A stretch of DNA of 64,000 bases from assembly GCA_964431545.1 (NCBI GenBank), contig CAYSLC010000003.1, positions 449 to 64,448 of the forward strand, given 5' to 3'. Shown here piece after piece: positions 17,939-26,675 of this stretch. The position numbers were made by a program, and so were the translations under genes. Position 1 is the first letter of the stretch. Every line of letters starts with the position of its first letter. This DNA is from an uncultured Desulfobacteraceae bacterium. GTDB taxonomy: Bacteria; Desulfobacterota; Desulfobacteria; Desulfobacterales; JAABSP01. The notes under the pieces were generated by a model. That model saw nothing but the letters and a program-made list of their open reading frames with translations, searched no databases and had not been told where the DNA came from.

Positions 17939-20900
17939 TCACTCCAGATTCCGAAACAGCTTCCGCAGCGGCCCGATCATCAGGGTGGAGAGGGGATTGA
18001 CGGTCACTTCGGGAGCCGCCAGGGGGCCGGTGAGGGTATAGTTCGCCGCGATGATGCCGTCTCCGGTGATCAGCTTTCCGATGACGGGCACCACGCCGAT
18101 GAGCCGGTTGATGACGTTGAAGGGGACCACCAGTCCCTCCAGATGGAGGATCTCCCCGGCCGGATCGATGCTCCCGTCCGCGGTGATCCCCAGGGCCGGC
18201 CCCTCCATGCGGCCGTTTTCCACGAACAGGGTCCGGGCGCCGTCGAAGCGGAGATCCGCCGCCAGCGCGTCGAAGCCGATCCCCCGCCGCTCCAGTTGGT
18301 CCACGATCCCCCCCAGGGAGGCGAGGGAGAGGATGTCGAGAATCACCGGCGCCTCCCGCAGCTTGAACCCCTCGATGGTCAGCCGGCCCCGCCCCTCCCC
18401 GCCCCGGAACCCGTCGCCGCCGGCGTATTCCCCAGCCTGGCGCAGCCGCAGGGCGAGGCGCCCCCCCTCCAGATGGCCGTAGAGGCCGAGCCCCTGGAGC
18501 AGGGCGCCGGCGTCGCCGGTCTCGATGCGGAGGCGCCGGCCGTCGGCATCGGTCGTCAGGGATACGTCCACCGGTCGATTCCCGCCGATGATCCCGGCGA
18601 GGTCCGCCGACCGGAGTTTCCCAGAATCGTATTCGGCCCGGGCGGCCACATCGGAAAGGCGGATCCCGTTGAGAAGGTCTACCCGGTCCAGGGCGGCGCT
18701 GAGCCCCCCCTCGAAGGAGAGGGATTCGTGGGAGTTCCTCCTTTTCTCCGCCTCCAGAAACGGCCCGGCGTCGAGGCGTGCGCCGGAGACGGAGAGGTGC
18801 ATGCGCCGCCCCCGGTTGCGCATCAACCGGGCCCCGATATCGCTCTTCCCGAGCCTGGCCCGCTCGACGGTGAGGTCGAGGTCCCCGCCGTCCCCGCCGG
18901 CCACGGTGCCGTACCCCAGGATGTAATACTCCGACCCGTAGAGATGGAACTTGGGGATCCGAAGGGTCCCGCCGGGCTCCGCCCGGATCTCCGCCAGAAA
19001 GCGGCCCGCCACGCCGGAGGGCTTTCGCCACCGGAGCCCCGGCACGGTCAGGGCGGCCCCGCCAAGGTCGGCCTGGAGGTCGATCCGCGTGGCGTCCGGC
19101 TTGGGGACCACCGTCGCCTCGGTCTCTGCCCGGCCCGTCAGGATCCCGGCGGCGGGGATCCCCCAGGCCGCCAGGTCGGCGGGACCGAGGGATGCGGAAA
19201 GGCGCAGGGCGCTCCCGGCGTTCGCACGGCCGGTTCCGCCCCCGAGGCCCCGACGGCGCCAGGAGACGGTCAACGGCGTCTTCCCGGACCGAAATCCGCC
19301 TTCGGCGGTGATCTCCCGGTCGTCCACCCGGACGGAGAGATTCCCGTCGGTGAGGGGCCGGCCCGGGAAATCGGGCACGATCAGGTCCTCCATCCGGAAC
19401 CGTCCCGAGACCCGGAGGGCCTCCGGGGAGAAGTCGCGCCCCAGGGGGAACCGGATGCGGAGGTTCCCGCCGGCCGATCCCTCCCGGATCTGCACCTTGA
19501 TGCGGGGATCCGCCTCCAGGGGACCGAGGGCGGCGAGCATCTCCGCCGCCGGCCCCTGGATGGCGCTCCGGATGTCGATGTTCGGAGCGCCCTCGGCCCA
19601 TCCGGAGATCCGGACCCGTCCCCGGGCCGTGGATGACGCCATGACCCGGCCGTCCTCCACCCGGATGTCGATCCCCCGGGCGGTGAAATCGGCTCGACCG
19701 TCCGCATGGTGAAGGGCCGGAAGCGGCGGAAAGTAGTCGAGGCGCAGATCCGCGAACGCCACCGCCGCCGTCACGGCCGAGGCGGGAAGGACGTCGGATT
19801 TCCAGTCTTCGGGCCCGATCTTCAGCCGGACCCAGGCCCCCCGGATGCCCCCCCCTTGAAAGTGGTCCCGCATCCATGCCCGCACCGGGGGGGCCCAGGC
19901 CGGGGGCCAATACCGGTAGGCGTTGACCAGGGTCAGCCCCTCCCCCCGGAGGGTGAGATCGATGGCCGGGGGAAACCGGTCCAGGGAGAGGGCTCCGGAT
20001 GCCGACAGAGTAGGCCCACCGCGGAACCGGACCGATGCGGAATCGATCCGCAAGACATTGTCCGGGGCTCCCTCGCCGGTGATCCGGAGCGCCGCCACCG
20101 CCGCCGGCCCTTCAAACAGTGGGCTTCCGATCGTCCCGGAACCGCCCGATAAAGACAGGCGATCGAGGGTCACGGATGCTCCCGCGGTGAAGTCGATCGC
20201 GACGTCGAGGGGAATCGCAACGGCACGGAGGGGGGCGAACCGGGGCCGGTCCAGGGCGAGATCGGCGGGCCGGAGGTCGGTGATCCCGACGGTCCCGGTG
20301 ACCGGGCCTCGGCCCGTGGGGCTGGCGGCCTGAAAGGTCATCTCCACGGCACGGCCGTCCATCTCCCCCTGGAGGGATCCCGCCAGGGTGGTTTTCCGAT
20401 TTCCGGGAATCACGTCCAGGTTGAACCGGGGGATCCGGAGGACCGGGGCGGATGTCCCATGGACCAGGATCCGTCCGTTCCCGAGGCGCACGTTGGAGAG
20501 CGGCCGCAGACCGGCGAGACCGCGGAGGGCCTCTCCCACCGCCCCGGAGCGGTCCGTCCAGCCGAAAAGCCCCCGCTCCTCCGCCGTACGGGACGACCGG
20601 GCCGGGAGACGGAGGGCCGGTTCCCGGAGGGTGATCCGGACCGGCACCCATCGTCGGGCCGCCAGGTCCCGCCAGGTCATCTCCAGGATCGCGCCGGGGA
20701 TCTCCACCGTCCAGTCTCCGGGCCCGTCCCGGATGGTGGTTTCCAAAAGCAGCAGGCGGGGGCGTAGACTCCCGCCGGGCCAGAACGGGCGAAGGTCGCC
20801 GATCCGGACCCGACCGGCGCCGGTCAGGTCCGCCAGGGCCTTCTCCACACCGGGGATCAGGGGCGAAAGGGGCGGCGGGGCGACCCGGAACCAGAGGAGT

Positions 20901-20980
20901 CCCCCGGCGGCGGCGAGGAGAAAAAGGGCCGCGAGGGCGACGGCCCAGCGGCGCGGGGAACGGAGACGAAGGGGGCGCAT
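17939..20980 (-). CDS. AsmA-like/DUF3971 (YhdP-type) large envelope protein
   Basis: 1013 aa, single N-terminal TM, beta-rich body, AsmA_2-type C-terminus (GIGFD...G.ALGITADG.ID...G.VVP.N.IN..G.VP.IG...APEVTVNPLS). Confidence 0.8.
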   Translation of the reverse strand: MRPLRLRSPRRWAVALAALFLLAAAGGLLWFRVAPPPLSPLIPGVEKALADLTGAGRVRIGDLRPFWPGGSLRPRLLLLETTIRDGPGDWTVEIPGAILEMTWRDLAARRWVPVRITLREPALRLPARSSRTAEERGLFGWTDRSGAVGEALRGLAGLRPLSNVRLGNGRILVHGTSAPVLRIPRFNLDVIPGNRKTTLAGSLQGEMDGRAVEMTFQAASPTGRGPVTGTVGITDLRPADLALDRPRFAPLRAVAIPLDVAIDFTAGASVTLDRLSLSGGSGTIGSPLFEGPAAVAALRITGEGAPDNVLRIDSASVRFRGGPTLSASGALSLDRFPPAIDLTLRGEGLTLVNAYRYWPPAWAPPVRAWMRDHFQGGGIRGAWVRLKIGPEDWKSDVLPASAVTAAVAFADLRLDYFPPLPALHHADGRADFTARGIDIRVEDGRVMASSTARGRVRISGWAEGAPNIDIRSAIQGPAAEMLAALGPLEADPRIKVQIREGSAGGNLRIRFPLGRDFSPEALRVSGRFRMEDLIVPDFPGRPLTDGNLSVRVDDREITAEGGFRSGKTPLTVSWRRRGLGGGTGRANAGSALRLSASLGPADLAAWGIPAAGILTGRAETEATVVPKPDATRIDLQADLGGAALTVPGLRWRKPSGVAGRFLAEIRAEPGGTLRIPKFHLYGSEYYILGYGTVAGGDGGDLDLTVERARLGKSDIGARLMRNRGRRMHLSVSGARLDAGPFLEAEKRRNSHESLSFEGGLSAALDRVDLLNGIRLSDVAARAEYDSGKLRSADLAGIIGGNRPVDVSLTTDADGRRLRIETGDAGALLQGLGLYGHLEGGRLALRLRQAGEYAGGDGFRGGEGRGRLTIEGFKLREAPVILDILSLASLGGIVDQLERRGIGFDALAADLRFDGARTLFVENGRMEGPALGITADGSIDPAGEILHLEGLVVPFNVINRLIGVVPVIGKLITGDGIIAANYTLTGPLAAPEVTVNPLSTLMIGPLRKLFRNLE

Positions 20981-21019
20981 GTCAGCCGTCGGCGGGCCGG
21001 GGAGAAAGGGGGCCGGGGA

Positions 21020-22027
21020 CTATTTCCTGCCCCGGATCAGGGCCTGGTAGGCCTCGGTCAGCCGGATGAAGACGTTGTGGTCGCCCCCCTGATCGGGATG
21101 GAGTTTCAACGCCTTTTTCCGGTAGATCCGGGTGATCTCCCCCCGGGACATCCCCTTGACGACCTCGGGGGCCACCCCCAGCAGATCGCCGGCGTCGGCG
21201 GCGCTCATGGCGGGGCGGGGCGGCCGGGACATGTGTCGCCGCCGGCTGTTCATGAAGTCGCGGATGTAGTCCCGCATGAAGGAGGACTCTCCGTAGTCGG
21301 TGTCGAAGTACATCACCAGGTACCGGATCAGATACTCGGAGAGGCGGCCTCCGTCCCGGTCGAGTCCGGCCCAGAACGCCTCGTCCCCATGGAGCCGGCA
21401 GACCTCATCGAGGAAGTGGGCGTCCACCTGGGCCTCGTCCAGGGCCTGGGGCATGGTCTTGGCCGCCTGCTGGTTGAAGAACCGCTGGAGGTCGAATGCG
21501 ACGTAGACGTAGGACTTGCGCTCCCGGGGCCGGAGGATCCGCTCTTCGTCCAGGAAATACTGTTCGATCTCGTCCCTCGACTTGCCGTGGAGCGGGCGGA
21601 AGAGCTTGGGCGACACCCGGCCGATGAACCCCTGGTCCATCTGGCCGTACCGGAGAAAGTGAATCCGCCGCTTGTCGAAGAGGTGGAAGCCCGCGTGGAG
21701 GGTCCGGCCCGTCTCCCGGCGGCGCCGCTTGACCTCCCGCTCCCGGTTCCGGAAGAGTTCCACCGCGTGCTTGATCTCTGGGTGGACGAAGGGCCAGAGG
21801 ATGGTGTCGAGCTGCTCGTAGACCGGGCCAACCGGGGACTTGGACCGGACGTCGGCCTCCAGGTCCTGGTCGATGTGGTAGGCGTTGCCGCCGGGGTAGA
21901 CCACCCATTGGCCCGGATCGGTGCCCAGGTGGAAGAGGTCGCGGTTGTGGAGGTGGTCGCCCATGGGGTACGACTCCCGGATGTAGTAATGGAGAACGCC
22001 CCTGATTCGTTTTCTGGCGAGGTACAT
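21020..22027 (-). CDS. Protein with C-terminal J-domain (DnaJ-like co-chaperone)
   Basis: Start MYLARKRIRG. C-terminal LGV...EITRIYRKKALKLHPDQGGD...FIRLTEAY with the HPD motif. Confidence 0.85.
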   Translation of the reverse strand: MYLARKRIRGVLHYYIRESYPMGDHLHNRDLFHLGTDPGQWVVYPGGNAYHIDQDLEADVRSKSPVGPVYEQLDTILWPFVHPEIKHAVELFRNREREVKRRRRETGRTLHAGFHLFDKRRIHFLRYGQMDQGFIGRVSPKLFRPLHGKSRDEIEQYFLDEERILRPRERKSYVYVAFDLQRFFNQQAAKTMPQALDEAQVDAHFLDEVCRLHGDEAFWAGLDRDGGRLSEYLIRYLVMYFDTDYGESSFMRDYIRDFMNSRRRHMSRPPRPAMSAADAGDLLGVAPEVVKGMSRGEITRIYRKKALKLHPDQGGDHNVFIRLTEAYQALIRGRK

Positions 22028-22210
22028 GATACGGATTTCCTTCCGGCGGCCCCTGAGGGGGGACACGCCCGATCTCATCGGCCCGCCCAAGCTCCGGCAC
22101 CGTCGGTCCGCGCCTGGATGACCGGTTTCCAAATCGATTCGGCCTTGTTTCGGAAAGATATCACGACAGCCCACACCTTGTCCACCATGCCGGCGGCGTT
22201 CAGGCAGCGC

Positions 22211-22675
22211 TCAACCGCCGATGCCTCCGGGGTCGGCTTCCCGTTCCGGCCCCAGGATCTCGCCCACGGCCGATCGGATCTCCCCCGTCTGGTACGGCTT
22301 GGCCAGGGCGGCCCGGAAGCCGTACCGCCGGGGATCGGTCATCATGGGGTCGTCGGAGTAGCCGCTGGAGACGACCCCCACGGTCCCCGGCGCCGGGCGG
22401 CGGATCTCCGCCATCGCCTCCCGGACGTCTTTCCCCACCAGCTCGGAGGCGGTGTGCCCCAATCGCGCCGCGCGGATCTCGTTGGCCGCCAGGAAGATCC
22501 CATGGGGATCGAGGATGAAGGCGGAGTCGAAGGTGGCCTCGAAGAGGATCCGTTCCAGGGCCCGGGCCTCCCGGAGGGTCCGGGCCATGCGCCGCAGGGC
22601 GGCCCGTTCGGCGAAGAGTCGCCGGCGGAGCCGCCTCACTTCGGCCAATGGCGCAATGGGATCGTTTTGGGTCAT
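22211..22675 (-). pseudogene. Internally deleted PAS...receiver chimera (remnant of a hybrid sensor kinase)
   Basis: The first half of a PAS domain (LFEATFDSAFILDPHGIFLAANE.....LGHTASELVGKD) is fused in frame to the second half of a receiver (EAMAEIRR...VVSSGYSDDPMM...YGF..AL.KPY). Confidence 0.65.
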
Positions 22676-22873
22676 CCGAAAAATTGGAATCAGGGAGGTC
22701 TGGGGTCTCTATCTTCCGGGGGCTTGCCGAACGCTGAGCGTTCCAAGGCAGACGGCCGGAAAAGGCGTTACAAATGGCCCGGTATGGCGTACGCTGTCGG
22801 GAACCGCCCTCCGCGTCGGGCAGGGGGAAATCGATGCGGCGGGCGGCGAACACTCTATAAGGAACCCGGCAAC

Positions 22874-23668
22874 ATGACCAGCCATATCAAAGAGGCCGTC
22901 CTCGCCTGGGTCTCCGGTTCGGAGCGGAGGCTCACCCCGATTGAACTGGAAAAGAGGATATCCCAAAACCTGGGAATGGAAAGGGGAAAAATCCGGCGGA
23001 TCCTCCGGGAACTGGTGGAGGAGAACGAGCTGACGTACACCGCCCACTTCGGCTCCGCTTTCCTGGAGCGGTCCTTCCATCGGCCGGTGCCGATCGGGGA
23101 GAATCTGGTGCTGGTTCCGGCCGGATCGGCCCATGATCCGGAGCCGGGCCGGATCGCGGTCCGCCTCGCCCCCGGCGCCGCCTTCGGGGCCGGCGATCAC
23201 CCCACCACCCGGCTGGCCCTGCTGGGCCTCCAGCGGGCCATGGCCGGCCCACGCCTTCGGGGCCGGGCCCTGGACATCGGCACCGGGTCCGGGGTCCTGG
23301 CCATCGCGGCGGTCCTGCTTGGGGCGTCCGAGGCGCTGGGGATCGACATCGACCCTTGCGCCCGGTTCGAGGCCCGGGAGAACGTCCGGATCAACGGCCT
23401 CGGCGACCGGATCACCATCGACGACCGGGATGTTCGATCCCTCCGGGGTCCGTTCCCCCTGGTCCTGGCCAACCTCCGGGCCCCGACCCTACACCGCCTG
23501 GGGGAGGCCATGGCGGGACTGCTCCCCGCAGGCGGCGCGGCGGTGGTCTCCGGGATCCGTCCCGAGGAGATCCCGGATCTACAAGCCGCCTACTCCGCCT
23601 CCGGACTCGAGACCGCATGGGAACGCGCCGAGAAGGGGTGGTCGGGGATGGTCCTCCGGCGGCGATGA
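22874..23668 (+). CDS. prmA: PrmA-like (L11-type) SAM methyltransferase with N-terminal winged-helix-like region
   Basis: PGAAFGAGDHPTT, ALDIGTGSGVLAIAA, GIDID, VLANL motifs. ATG 22874. Confidence 0.8.
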   Translation: MTSHIKEAVLAWVSGSERRLTPIELEKRISQNLGMERGKIRRILRELVEENELTYTAHFGSAFLERSFHRPVPIGENLVLVPAGSAHDPEPGRIAVRLAPGAAFGAGDHPTTRLALLGLQRAMAGPRLRGRALDIGTGSGVLAIAAVLLGASEALGIDIDPCARFEARENVRINGLGDRITIDDRDVRSLRGPFPLVLANLRAPTLHRLGEAMAGLLPAGGAAVVSGIRPEEIPDLQAAYSASGLETAWERAEKGWSGMVLRRR

Positions 23669-23677
23669 AAGGCCGTC

Positions 23678-26422
23678 TCAGGCCCGGTTTTCCGGGGTGA
23701 ACCCCGGCATCCGGAACTTCAAGGTCACCTCTCCGCTCTCCGGATCCACGTGGATCATCCGGCCGTCCTCGCCCGAGGTCTCCACCTTCTGGCCGGTGGT
23801 CATCTCCAGGATCCCCGTGATGAACCGCATCCCTTGGTCGAGGACCGTCTCCATCCGCTCCCTGGAGGCGCCGGCCGGAAAGGCCCCGGACCGGGCCGCG
23901 CCCGATCCGCCGCCTTCCGTCCCGGCCGCCGCTTCCGGCGCGGCCCTCTCCGCCGCCCCGGCCGCCGGGACTTCCTCCTCGTCGTAAGCCACCCCCTCCT
24001 CCCGGGTCCCCAGGACATCCGGGTTGAGAAAGTGGGGGGTGTCCTCGGGGATCTCCTCTCCCGGCCTGGATTCGGCGGGGGGCTCCACCGGCATCTCCCC
24101 CATCATCTCCCGGAGGCGGGCGAGCATCTCCTCCTTCTTCTCCCGGGTGAAGGCCACCTGGTCGACGGTGCCGTCGAAGACCCCCTGGAAGAGGTCGGTC
24201 TTGAGCTGGATCCCCGCCAGGATCCGCTCCTCGATGGAGCCCTTGGCGATCAGGTTGACCACGTTGACGCAGCGGCTCTTCTGGCCGATGCGGTTGACCC
24301 GGCCGATCCGCTGGTTGAGCTTGGCCGGGTTCCACGGCAGCTCGAAGTTGACCACGCAGTCGGCCGCCTGGAGGTTGAGCCCGGTCCCCCCGGCGTCGGT
24401 GGAGAGGAAGACCTTGCAGTCGGGGTCCTTGGAGAAGGCGTCGATGAGGTTCTGGCGTTTCTTGACCGGCACCCGGCCGGTCAGCTCCACGAACGGTATT
24501 CCCGCCGTGGAGAGCTGTTTGCCGATGAGGAAGCTCATGGCCGTCCATTCGGTGAAGATCACCACCTTGCGCCGGTTCTCGAAGACCAGCTCGTCGAGAA
24601 TTCCCTCCAGCTCCCGGAGCTTGGGCGAGAGGTTGGTCTTCCGGTCGATGAGGTAGGTGGAGTCGCAGACGCGGCGCATGCACAACAAAAGTTCCTGGAT
24701 CCGCCGGACGTCCATGGGGGTGAGGAACTTCTTGTTGAGCAGGGGCAGCAGGGATTGGGCATACCCGGCATGGATCTTCCGCTGGGGCTCGGTCAGGTCG
24801 AGGTAATAATTGTTGACGATTTCGTCGGGCAGGTCGGAGAGGACCTCCTCCTTGCGCCGCCGGATGACGATGGACTGGAGCCGCCGGTGGAGCTGGTCGA
24901 GGTTCCGGTAGCCCAGGATCTTGCCCTTCTTCTTGCGGCTGAGCATGAAGTGGTCGGCGGCGAAGCGCCACAGGGGGGAGAGCATGTGGGGGTCGAGGAA
25001 CTGGACGATGGAGTAGACGTCCTCCAGCTTGTTCTCCAGGGGGGTCCCGGTGAGCACGATGGCGTGCTTCCGGGGCAGCCGCTTGACGGCGTCGGCGGTT
25101 TTGGTGTTGAAATTCTTGATCCGCTGGGCCTCGTCCAGGATGATCAGGTCCGGGCTGTACTCCTTCAACACGGTCACGTCCCGGAGGACCGCTTCGTAGT
25201 TGGTGATCTTAAAAAACCGGTCGTCGGTCTCGTAGACGGCCCGCCGCTCCTCGGGCTTTCCGGCCACCACCACCGCCCCCTCGTCGGTGAACTTTTCGAT
25301 CTCCCGCTTCCACTGCTCCTTCAGGGAGGCGAGGGTGACCACCATCACCTGCCGGAAGCCGAAGATCTCCTTTTTCAGGATCGCCAGGACGATCGCCTGG
25401 AGGGTCTTTCCCAGGCCCATCTCATCGCCGATGAGGACCGCTTTCCGGTAAAGGCCGTACTTCACCCCCTCCAACTGGTAGGGATAGAGGTTCGTCTTGA
25501 TCATCTCCAGGGACGGCACCCCCTCCCCGGAGAGTTCCCGGAGCTGCCGGTCGAGCAGGTGTTCGTCGAGCCGGTCCACCACCGCCTCCTGGACCCGGAC
25601 CCGCTTGACGTCGTCGAGCCGGTCGAGGACCGGCAGCAGGTCCCCGAGACCCTGGCCGGTGAACCGTCCCTCCCCGTCGAAGAGCCCGGCGAAGAGGGGT
25701 CGGATCTCCGCCATCTCCGTTTCGGGCCGCTGGGTGAAGAGTCGGGGCCGGTCCTCGGCCGAGTCCCAATAGAGGTCGACAAAGGGAAACCGCTCCCGTT
25801 CCACGGCCTCCTGAAACCCCCGCTCGGCCTGGATGGCGTCGGTGGCGAAGATCAGGTGCTTGCACAGCCCCAGGCGGTTGGTGAGATAGTCGGGGCAGGT
25901 GCAGTGGCCGCTACCCCTTTCGGGTTCGTGGAGGGTGACCCGGTAGGTCTTGCCGGTGGGGGCGTTGACCTGGTGCTCCCCCCTGGCCATGTCCCCCCGG
26001 ACCAGCTCGAAACCTTCGGTGACCGCCCGCTTCTTCCGGTCCGCCAGGGCCTGTTCCCGGATCTCCTCGGGGGTGAGAAAGGGATCCTCCGGCTCCGGCT
26101 CCTCCACCACTTCCGGGGTCGGCGCCGCCGGCGGGGAACCGCCGATCCGCCGGCCCACGTCCAGGAGGACGGCCACGGTGTGTTTACACCCGATTCCCGG
26201 GTAGGGGCAGTCGCACCGGGTGTCGACGCCGCCGTTGTCCAGGCGGATCTCGGTGGTGTAGTCGCCGTAGAACCCGTCCACTTCATAGCGGTAGATCCCC
26301 TTTTGAGGGTCGGATTCGGCGCACATAAAGGCGCCGTTTTCGAAAATCTGGGCTCCCCTGTGGTAGATGGCCGCGCTGTCGGCCACATGGCGTCTGATAT
26401 ATTCGGGCGTCAGGTTTTCCAT
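23678..26422 (-). CDS. SNF2-family helicase with two SWIM zinc fingers
   Basis: RBS AAGGAG and start MENLTPEY. CDCP..GCKH and CTCP...LCKH fingers. DEMGLGKT, LDEAQRIKN, LTGTPLEN, STDAGGTGLNL, QRIGRVNRIGQ. Confidence 0.92.
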   Translation of the reverse strand: MENLTPEYIRRHVADSAAIYHRGAQIFENGAFMCAESDPQKGIYRYEVDGFYGDYTTEIRLDNGGVDTRCDCPYPGIGCKHTVAVLLDVGRRIGGSPPAAPTPEVVEEPEPEDPFLTPEEIREQALADRKKRAVTEGFELVRGDMARGEHQVNAPTGKTYRVTLHEPERGSGHCTCPDYLTNRLGLCKHLIFATDAIQAERGFQEAVERERFPFVDLYWDSAEDRPRLFTQRPETEMAEIRPLFAGLFDGEGRFTGQGLGDLLPVLDRLDDVKRVRVQEAVVDRLDEHLLDRQLRELSGEGVPSLEMIKTNLYPYQLEGVKYGLYRKAVLIGDEMGLGKTLQAIVLAILKKEIFGFRQVMVVTLASLKEQWKREIEKFTDEGAVVVAGKPEERRAVYETDDRFFKITNYEAVLRDVTVLKEYSPDLIILDEAQRIKNFNTKTADAVKRLPRKHAIVLTGTPLENKLEDVYSIVQFLDPHMLSPLWRFAADHFMLSRKKKGKILGYRNLDQLHRRLQSIVIRRRKEEVLSDLPDEIVNNYYLDLTEPQRKIHAGYAQSLLPLLNKKFLTPMDVRRIQELLLCMRRVCDSTYLIDRKTNLSPKLRELEGILDELVFENRRKVVIFTEWTAMSFLIGKQLSTAGIPFVELTGRVPVKKRQNLIDAFSKDPDCKVFLSTDAGGTGLNLQAADCVVNFELPWNPAKLNQRIGRVNRIGQKSRCVNVVNLIAKGSIEERILAGIQLKTDLFQGVFDGTVDQVAFTREKKEEMLARLREMMGEMPVEPPAESRPGEEIPEDTPHFLNPDVLGTREEGVAYDEEEVPAAGAAERAAPEAAAGTEGGGSGAARSGAFPAGASRERMETVLDQGMRFITGILEMTTGQKVETSGEDGRMIHVDPESGEVTLKFRMPGFTPENRA

Positions 26423-26584
26423 GGCACGTTCGCTCCTTGCTGTCATGTGGGGTCGGGACTCCCCCGGGGAGATCCGTCGCCGTGTCCGATAAAACACACG
26501 AAAAATTGAGATTGTATCGAAATCGCAACGGGGATCAAGCCATTTTTTCCCCCTTTTTCCCCTGGAACGGGTCTCCTTAAAGCA

Positions 26585-26614
26585 TTGACAATAAGCCCGT
26601 ATATCTTTTACATT
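26585..26614 (+). promoter_or_regulatory. Candidate sigma70 promoter for the CoA-disulfide reductase operon
   Basis: TTGACA-N18-TACATT, about 60 bp upstream of ATG 26676 (RBS AAGGAG). Confidence 0.5.
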
Positions 26615-26675
26615 TTGGTTTTGTATGACGCGGCTTCAGAATCGCAACTTCCGGCATCGACACAAGGAGTAGTGG

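Noticed and set aside
21077-23668. 863-aa ORF as one protein; likewise 34380..37076, 50223..52868, 52400..53638 and 60376..63930 at full length
   Set aside because: Only the C-terminal portions have RBS-supported starts and family motifs. The upstream parts overlap real genes in other frames or strands.
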